A DNA stretch of 32,000 bases from Erysipelotrichaceae bacterium. GTDB taxonomy: Bacteria; Bacillota_I; Bacilli_A; Erysipelotrichales; Coprobacillaceae. Under the pieces are notes generated by a model. It was not told where the DNA came from. It searched no databases and was given only the letters and a program-made list of their open reading frames with translations. This document shows, piece after piece, positions 26,464 through 32,000 of the stretch (its first letter is position 1; each line of letters opens with the position of its first letter). The stretch covers positions 6,237 to 38,236 of the forward strand of contig JAQVDW010000016.1 in the NCBI GenBank assembly GCA_028698185.1, read 5' to 3'. Position numbers and translations under genes: made by a program.

Positions 26464-27261
26464 ATGAAAGTATTTAAAGTGTTATTGACTATGGTTTTAT
26501 CATTTTCACTTTTTGGTTGCGGTTCTTCAAGCAGCAATGGCGATGGAGCCTTGATTGAAGAAGGAATCTTGAAAGTTGGGGTTGCCGCGGAATACCCGCC
26601 GTTTGAATATATGGCTGAAGACGGAGTCACTCCAATGGGATTCGACATCGATTTGGCTAATGCCATCGGTGAAAAACTTGGAGTTGAGGTCCAATTCGTT
26701 AACACCGCATGGGACGGAATTTTTGATGGTTTGAACACAAACCGTTATGACGTGGTTATCTCTGGAGTTACCGTGACTGAGGAACGTCAGGGACAAATGA
26801 ACTTCTCGGACGAATATCTGGGAAATGCCCAAGCGATTGTCACACTGGCTGATGACACTACAGTAAGCAGCTTTGAAGACCTTGACGGGTTGAAAGTCGG
26901 ATACCAGGCTGAGACGACATCTGATGTTGCTTTGACAAAATTCATTGAAGAAAATTCTGGCATGAGTATCAGTGTCAGCGAATACGACATGGTAATGAAC
27001 GCATATGCGGATCTTGCTTCTAAACGTGTTGATGCGGTAGTGTCAGATTCATTGGTTGCGGTTGACTATCTCAAAGATGCGAAGTACCGTCTGGCATTCC
27101 AAGGTCCTGCTGAGGAATTGATTGCCGTGGCTTTGAAACAAGGAAATGAAGATTTGACTGCTCAAGTCAATGATGCTTTGACACAATTGTATGATGATGG
27201 AACATTGGTTGAACTTTCAAACACCTGGTTTGGTATCGACGTTGTTTCAAGCGTAAGATAA
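26464..27261 (+). CDS. Polar amino-acid ABC transporter substrate-binding lipoprotein (SBP family 3)
   Basis: Start at the ATG at 26464, after SD GGTAGGAG. Signal peptide MKVFKVLLTMVLSFSLFGC carries an L-F-G-C lipobox. Family 3 motifs are PPFEY, GFDIDLANAI and YDVVISGVTVTEER. Confidence 0.88.
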   Translation: MKVFKVLLTMVLSFSLFGCGSSSSNGDGALIEEGILKVGVAAEYPPFEYMAEDGVTPMGFDIDLANAIGEKLGVEVQFVNTAWDGIFDGLNTNRYDVVISGVTVTEERQGQMNFSDEYLGNAQAIVTLADDTTVSSFEDLDGLKVGYQAETTSDVALTKFIEENSGMSISVSEYDMVMNAYADLASKRVDAVVSDSLVAVDYLKDAKYRLAFQGPAEELIAVALKQGNEDLTAQVNDALTQLYDDGTLVELSNTWFGIDVVSSVR

Positions 27262-27268
27262 TAAAGGG

Positions 27269-27925
27269 GTGATTAAAATAGACCAGATCATATCTTGGAT
27301 TCCGGCTCTTTTGGATGGGGCCCGGGTTACTATTTTACTGACTCTTGTCTCGGTTGTGACTGGGATATTTATGTCAATCTTTCTGGCTCTTGGAAAAATG
27401 AGCAAGATAACGGTTATCAGGAAGCTATGCGAAGCCTATGTCTTCTTCTTTCGAGGTACGCCGCTTTTGATGCAGTTGTATTTCATCTGGTTTGGATTGC
27501 CGATGATTTCACCGGTTTTCACAATCCAGTCGCAGTTCTTTGCGGCTTGGCTGGCTTTTTCATTGAACTCGGCGGCATATTGCACCGAAATAATCCGTGC
27601 GGCTTTGGAATCCATTCCCAAAGGACAATATGAAGCGGCCAAGGCCCTGGGCTTGTCTTATGGACAGACCATGCGCCTGATCATCATTCCCCAATCGATC
27701 CGGCAGCTGATTCCCCCGATTGGCAATGAGTTTATCATGGTGCTCAAGGATGCTTCAATCGTATCGATTATCGCCCTTTCGGACTTGACCAAGGTGACCC
27801 GTTCAATCCAGTCATCGACAAGTTCGTCAATGGTTTATATACCGGCCATGATCATCTATTTGATCATCACGGCGATATTCACTTATATTTTCAAACGTCT
27901 TGAAATCAGACATTCACGCTATTAG
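27269..27925 (+). CDS. Amino-acid ABC transporter permease (His/Glu/Gln/Arg/opine family)
   Basis: Five TM segments, with the EAA-like loop ESIPKGQYEAAKALGLSYGQTMRLIIIPQ. The GTG start at 27269 is uncertain because the SD-like GGGG directly abuts it. Confidence 0.85.
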   Translation: MIKIDQIISWIPALLDGARVTILLTLVSVVTGIFMSIFLALGKMSKITVIRKLCEAYVFFFRGTPLLMQLYFIWFGLPMISPVFTIQSQFFAAWLAFSLNSAAYCTEIIRAALESIPKGQYEAAKALGLSYGQTMRLIIIPQSIRQLIPPIGNEFIMVLKDASIVSIIALSDLTKVTRSIQSSTSSSMVYIPAMIIYLIITAIFTYIFKRLEIRHSRY

Positions 27926-27938
27926 GAGGTTTTGTAAG

Positions 27939-28703
27939 ATGATGATGATGATTAAAACAGAAAATCTTTGCAAAAGCTTCGGTACAGTGAAGGTTTTGAA
28001 GGATGTCAACCTGGAAGTCAAAAAAGGCGAAGTTGTTACCATTATCGGACCTTCGGGTGCGGGGAAATCGACCCTGCTGCGCTCGATCAACCAGCTTGAA
28101 ACGATCACTTCGGGGAAGATATTCATAGAGGATGAGCTTCTTTCGCACATCGAAAATGGCAAGGAAGTCAGCGGAATAACCAAGGATGAACACACTCGGA
28201 TTCTGACAAAGACCGGAATGGTTTTCCAATCCTTCAACCTTTTCCCGCACAAGACCGTGCTGGAAAATGTGATGCTCGCACCGATCAATGTCCAGAAAAA
28301 AGATCCCGGAACGGTAAAGAAAATCGCCATAGACCTGATTGAACGCGTAGGACTCGGGGAAAAACTCGATTCCTATCCCGCCAATCTGTCAGGAGGGCAG
28401 CAACAGCGGGTGGCAATAGCAAGAGCCCTGGCGATGCAACCGGACATAATGCTTTTCGACGAACCGACCAGCGCTTTGGATATCGAGCTGGTTGGCGAAG
28501 TACTGAATGTAATCAAGGAACTCGCAAACGAGGGGATGACCATGGTTATCGTGACCCATGAGATGAAATTCGCCCGTGAAGTCAGTGACCGGATTGTCTT
28601 CATGTATGATGGGGGTATTTATGAAGATGGTTCACCGGATCAGCTTTTCACCAATCCCCAGAAAGAAAGGACGCAACAATTTTTGCAGTCCATTGTGGGA
28701 TAA
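27939..28703 (+). CDS. Amino-acid ABC transporter ATP-binding protein (GlnQ-like)
   Basis: Walker A GPSGAGKST, signature LSGGQQQR and Walker B MLFDEPTSALD. Start set to the ATG at 27939, 9 nt after AGGAGG (27924-27929). The track TTG start at 27900 lies inside the permease gene. Confidence 0.93.
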   Translation: MMMMIKTENLCKSFGTVKVLKDVNLEVKKGEVVTIIGPSGAGKSTLLRSINQLETITSGKIFIEDELLSHIENGKEVSGITKDEHTRILTKTGMVFQSFNLFPHKTVLENVMLAPINVQKKDPGTVKKIAIDLIERVGLGEKLDSYPANLSGGQQQRVAIARALAMQPDIMLFDEPTSALDIELVGEVLNVIKELANEGMTMVIVTHEMKFAREVSDRIVFMYDGGIYEDGSPDQLFTNPQKERTQQFLQSIVG

Positions 28704-28719
28704 ATTCAAAATTTGAAAA

Positions 28720-28751
28720 AAAAATAGAATGCCTCAAATATGTGATATAAT
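28720..28751 (+). promoter_or_regulatory. Candidate extended -10 promoter for the small ORF
   Basis: TGaTATAAT at 28743-28751. The -35 is weak. Confidence 0.4.
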
Positions 28752-28770
28752 TACGTCGGAGGTAGTTAGT

Positions 28771-29007
28771 ATGGTAAAATTAATGATGAGTACAGCCCAA
28801 ATCAAAAAGTTGACTGGATTTTTTGACGGGTATGAAGATGACAAAGTGAAAATCAGCTTGGATAAAGTTCAAGGGATTCGTGCATACATGAATTGCGAGA
28901 CTGAACTTTCTGCTCAAGAAGCTGCGGATTACTGCAAAGGTCTATTCAAAAACACACCTGATGGGAAAGTGTTATACTTCTCAATAGCTCCTGAAGGAGC
29001 ATACTAA
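28771..29007 (+). CDS. Small hypothetical protein (78 aa)
   Basis: ATG at 28771, 7 nt after GGAGG. The product is soluble and acidic/lysine-rich. I recognise no family. Confidence 0.5.
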   Translation: MVKLMMSTAQIKKLTGFFDGYEDDKVKISLDKVQGIRAYMNCETELSAQEAADYCKGLFKNTPDGKVLYFSIAPEGAY

Positions 29008-29030
29008 AAAGGACGTTAGTCCTTTTTTTT
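29006..29030 (+). terminator. Intrinsic terminator after the small ORF
   Basis: aaaaaggac-gtta-gtccttttt with a T8 run. Confidence 0.75.
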
Positions 29031-29046
29031 GATGAAAGGAAAAACA

Positions 29047-30489
29047 ATGACTAATTACGATAAGATTTTCAACGGGCCCAATCTTAAAGCTGCCCGGATA
29101 AGAACAAAAGAAAAAGTCAATATTGTCCATGACGCCTACGAATTGCCTTTGGGAATGGCCGATTTTGGCAAGGGCAAGACGTACTATCTGAAAACATACG
29201 GATGCCAGGCCAATGAGCGCGACAGCGAGACGATTGCGGGGATACTTGAAACAATGGGATACCAGGAGATCGACGATATCGACCACGCCGACCTGATCGT
29301 TCTCAACACTTGCGCGATTCGCGAGAACGCCGAAGACAAGGTGTTCGGAAAGATCGGGTATGTCAAGAACCTTAAAAAATTCAATCCCAACCTCATCCTG
29401 GCCATCTGCGGGTGCATGGCCCAGGAGGAAAGCGTGGTCAACAAGATCCTGGAGAAATACCAGCATGTCGATTTGGTTTTTGGAACCCATAATATCAATC
29501 ACCTTCCAAAATTGTTGCAACAGGCCAACCAGGAAAAGGATGTCACAGTCGAGGTGTTCTCGACCGAAGGGGATGTCCAGGAAGACCTGCCGGCCAAACG
29601 GGCCGACAAATACAAGGCTTGGGTCAACATAATGTACGGGTGCAACAAGTTCTGCACCTACTGCATCGTTCCTTATACAAGGGGCAAGGAAAGATCACGG
29701 CTTAAAGAGGACATCATCAAGGAAGTGGCGGAGCTGGTCGACCAAGGCTATCAGGAAGTTACCCTGTTGGGTCAAAACGTCAATTCCTACGGGAATGATC
29801 TGGAGCTGGGCTACGATTTTGGTGACCTGATCAAGGAAGTTGCCAAGACGAACATACCCCGGATCCGTTTCACGACAAGCCATCCTTACGACTTCACTTT
29901 CGCCATGGTTGACGCCATCAACTCGGCGGACAATATCATGCCTTATATCCATCTTCCGGTTCAATCCGGCAACAGTGAAATCCTGAAGCTCATGGGCCGC
30001 AAGTATGACCGGGAGCAGTACCTGGAACTTTTCAACTACATCAAAAAGACGATGCCCAATGCGGCGATAACCACCGATATCATCGTCGGTTTCCCTAACG
30101 AGACAGATGAGCAGTTTGAAGACACCATGAGCATATATGACTATTGCGAGTATGACCTTGCCTATACATTCGTGTATTCGCCAAGAAACGGCACACCCGC
30201 AGCAAAAATGGCCGACAATGTGGACCTGCAGGTTAAGTCCGATCGTCTCCGCCGCCTCAACGATATGGTCAATGAAAAGGCCATGAAGGCAAACAAGAAA
30301 TTCGAAGGGCGGATTGTCGAAGTGCTGGTGGACGGACCGAGCAAGAAAAGCGACAAGGTCATGAGCGGCTACACCCGGGAAAACAAGCTTGTTAATTTCG
30401 CGGCACCGAGTGACCTTACCGGAAAGATTGTTTCCGTCAAGATAACCGAAGCCAAGACCTGGACCCTGAATGGTGAGCTCGTTGGATAA
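29047..30489 (+). CDS. miaB: tRNA-i6A37 methylthiotransferase MiaB (YmcB)
   Basis: MTTase N-domain YLKTYGCQANERDSE, radical-SAM motif CNKFCTYCIVP and a C-terminal TRAM domain. Start probably the ATG at 29047 (AAAGGA SD 6 nt upstream). The track TTG at 29029 lies inside the upstream terminator, and the ATG at 29032 just after it has no SD upstream. Confidence 0.93.
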   Translation: MTNYDKIFNGPNLKAARIRTKEKVNIVHDAYELPLGMADFGKGKTYYLKTYGCQANERDSETIAGILETMGYQEIDDIDHADLIVLNTCAIRENAEDKVFGKIGYVKNLKKFNPNLILAICGCMAQEESVVNKILEKYQHVDLVFGTHNINHLPKLLQQANQEKDVTVEVFSTEGDVQEDLPAKRADKYKAWVNIMYGCNKFCTYCIVPYTRGKERSRLKEDIIKEVAELVDQGYQEVTLLGQNVNSYGNDLELGYDFGDLIKEVAKTNIPRIRFTTSHPYDFTFAMVDAINSADNIMPYIHLPVQSGNSEILKLMGRKYDREQYLELFNYIKKTMPNAAITTDIIVGFPNETDEQFEDTMSIYDYCEYDLAYTFVYSPRNGTPAAKMADNVDLQVKSDRLRRLNDMVNEKAMKANKKFEGRIVEVLVDGPSKKSDKVMSGYTRENKLVNFAAPSDLTGKIVSVKITEAKTWTLNGELVG

Positions 30490-30490
30490 G

Positions 30491-30829
30491 ATGCGCGAAC
30501 TCGCGCACCAGGTCAATCGGGATTTGTTGTCTCATCCGCTCGTGAAGGAATATCAGGCCCTCGAGAAGGCGTACAATGACAATGAATATTTGCAAAGGTT
30601 GGAAAAGAAAATTGTTGCAATTCAAAAGGAAATTGTTATAGTAAAAAGCAAGAAGGGGTCGGCGCTAGAACTGGTCAAGGAATACGAAAATATCAAAGAG
30701 GAATTTGCCGGTCATCCGGTAGCGGTGAATTATCAGGTTGCCCGCGAGGAACTCAATGACTTCTTGCAAGAATTAAATAAATATATTAATAATCAACTTA
30801 TCCTTGACAAAGAGGCGGGCATAGCTTAA
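30491..30829 (+). CDS. YlbF/YmcA-family protein (RicA-like)
   Basis: Helical 112-aa protein. HPLVKEYQALEKAYNDNEYLQRLEKKIVAIQKE resembles the Com_YlbF family. Sits immediately downstream of miaB, as ymcA does in B. subtilis. The start is ambiguous: ATG at 30491 (1 nt after the miaB stop) or ATG at 30470. Confidence 0.6.
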   Translation: MRELAHQVNRDLLSHPLVKEYQALEKAYNDNEYLQRLEKKIVAIQKEIVIVKSKKGSALELVKEYENIKEEFAGHPVAVNYQVAREELNDFLQELNKYINNQLILDKEAGIA

Positions 30830-30863
30830 AATCATTTAAATTATATTTTAAAAGGAGATCAAA

Positions 30864-32000
30864 ATGGCATACTATTTTAAAGAACCATCACGCACTTTCA
30901 GTGAATATTTGTTGGTACCTGGATATTCTTCAAGAGAAGCGCAGACAGTGAATGTGAATCTGAAAACACCACTGGTAAAATTCAAAAAGGGTGAAGAATC
31001 GGCGATTACCCTGAACGCACCTTTGGTATCGGCAATCATGCAGGCAGTATCCGATGACAAAATGGCGGTTGCCTTGGCTCGTGAAGGGGGCGTATCATTC
31101 ATCTATGGTTCCCAATCGATAGAATCACAAGTCCAAATGGTCAAAAACGTAAAATCATATAAGGCCGGATTCGTGACAAGTGATTCGAACCTCAGCCCAG
31201 AAATGACTCTGGCTGATGTTGTAGCGTTGAAAGAAAAAACAGGACACTCGACTATGGCGGTGACTGAAGACGGTAGCGCCAACGGAAAATTAATCGGTAT
31301 CGTCACAGGTCGTGACTACCGCGTTTCAAGAATGGACAAATCACAAAAAGTCGCTGATTTCATGACCCCATATGAAAAATTGATCGTGGCGACCACTGAA
31401 CAAACATTGAAAGAGTGCAATGACATCATCTGGGATAATAAGCTTAATTCATTGCCGGTGGTTGATGAAAACCAAAACTTGCAGTTCTTCGTATTCAGAA
31501 AAGATTACGAAACAAGAAAGAAAAATCCAAACGAATTGCTGGATGAACAAAAACGTTATGTTGTTGGAGCGGGTATCAATACTCGTGATTATGCGACTCG
31601 TGTTCCGGCGTTGGTTGAAGCTGGTGTTGATGTTCTATGCATCGACTCTTCTGAAGGATTCAGCGAATGGCAGAAACTTACCATCGAATGGGTTCGCGAG
31701 ACTTACGGTGATGCTGTAAAAGTCGGAGCTGGAAACGTCGTGGACGGTGAAGGGTTTAGATTCCTGGCTGAAGCCGGAGCCGATTTCATCAAAGTGGGTA
31801 TCGGTGGCGGTTCAATCTGTATCACCAGAGAACAAAAAGGTATCGGCCGTGGTCAAGCGACAGCTACTATCGAAGTTGCCCAAGCCCGTGACGAATACTT
31901 CAAGGAAACCGGAATCTATATCCCGATCTGTTCAGATGGTGGAATCGTCTATGATTACCATATGGCATTGGCATTGGCGATGGGTTCTGACTTCATCATG
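30864..32000 (+). CDS. guaB: Inosine-5'-monophosphate dehydrogenase, 3'-truncated by window edge
   Basis: Absent from the ORF track because it has no in-window stop. My own translation from the ATG at 30864 (SD AAAGGAG 5 nt upstream) gives [23 protein letters not shown]..., a CBS pair region, [12 protein letters not shown], and the catalytic loop [25 protein letters not shown]. The frame stays open for all 379 codons to position 32000. Confidence 0.93.
   Translation, partial: MAYYFKEPSRTFSEYLLVPGYSSREAQTVNVNLKTPLVKFKKGEESAITLNAPLVSAIMQAVSDDKMAVALAREGGVSFIYGSQSIESQVQMVKNVKSYKAGFVTSDSNLSPEMTLADVVALKEKTGHSTMAVTEDGSANGKLIGIVTGRDYRVSRMDKSQKVADFMTPYEKLIVATTEQTLKECNDIIWDNKLNSLPVVDENQNLQFFVFRKDYETRKKNPNELLDEQKRYVVGAGINTRDYATRVPALVEAGVDVLCIDSSEGFSEWQKLTIEWVRETYGDAVKVGAGNVVDGEGFRFLAEAGADFIKVGIGGGSICITREQKGIGRGQATATIEVAQARDEYFKETGIYIPICSDGGIVYDYHMALALAMGSDFIM

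Noticed and set aside
27939-27950. Four consecutive ATG codons at the start of the ABC ATPase gene.
   Set aside because: This is trivial start-codon redundancy. It only makes the exact start ambiguous by up to 3 codons.
28704-28725. Palindrome ttcaaa-a-tttgaa followed by an A-run after the ABC ATPase gene, as a possible terminator.
   Set aside because: A 1-nt loop cannot form a hairpin, and the following run is A rather than T on the coding strand.
29695-30516. 273-aa minus-strand ORF opposite miaB, plus 28981..29520 (179 aa) opposite its 5' end.
   Set aside because: MiaB on the plus strand is unambiguous (radical-SAM CxxxCxxC, TRAM). The antisense ORFs lack starts with an SD.
1-32000. Window-wide search for CRISPR repeats, IS or transposase ends, integrase or attachment sites, tRNA genes, phage modules, toxin-antitoxin pairs and known defence gene signatures.
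   Set aside because: I saw no direct-repeat arrays or terminal inverted repeats. Apart from 11815-11975, every intergenic gap is accounted for by promoters, terminators, the T-box, a short candidate leader or rnpB, and every substantial ORF is either housekeeping or a shadow ORF. By eye I cannot exclude very short or degenerate elements.

Overview
Read by eye from the sequence and ORF track; no alignments or folding were run. The window looks like an ordinary core-genome segment of a Bacillota-type chromosome using the standard genetic code. A class A PBP shows the organism is cell-walled.

Gene content and order closely follow three Bacillus subtilis neighbourhoods:
- ysgA-pheS-pheT, preceded by a Phe T-box.
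- ypmB/tseB-like, dnaD and nth, converging on ponA-recU, followed by gpsB and rnpB.
- rodZ-pgsA-cinA-recA-rny-ymdB, then later miaB and a ymcA/ricA-like gene.

The sporulation genes that sit in these neighbourhoods in Bacillus are absent. This suggests a non-sporulating lineage, possibly Erysipelotrichia-like, at low confidence.

Other genes present:
- a 5'-truncated Na/Pi cotransporter
- aspartokinase
- a split ThrE-family exporter pair
- pyruvate kinase, HU and a YugP Zn-peptidase
- a polar amino-acid ABC transporter
- a 3'-truncated guaB, which the ORF track omits because it has no in-window stop

I support about 32 CDS, one RNase P RNA (type B), one T-box, several sigma-A-like promoters and several intrinsic terminators.

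I see no CRISPR array, transposase, integrase, phage module, toxin-antitoxin pair or recognisable defence genes, and no convincing novel multi-gene system.

The leads worth a second look are modest:
1. A TmcAL (YlbM) enzyme carrying an extra C-terminal domain of about 135 aa that looks like a degenerate Nudix fold.
2. Three tightly coupled uncharacterised genes (an anchored beta-rich protein, a 4-TM protein and a DUF45 Zn-hydrolase) that run into the ysgA-like methyltransferase.
3. An unexplained, GC-richer, structured island of about 160 nt in the thrE/pyk divergent intergenic region.
4. A tandem beta-rich C-terminal extension on PBP1A.
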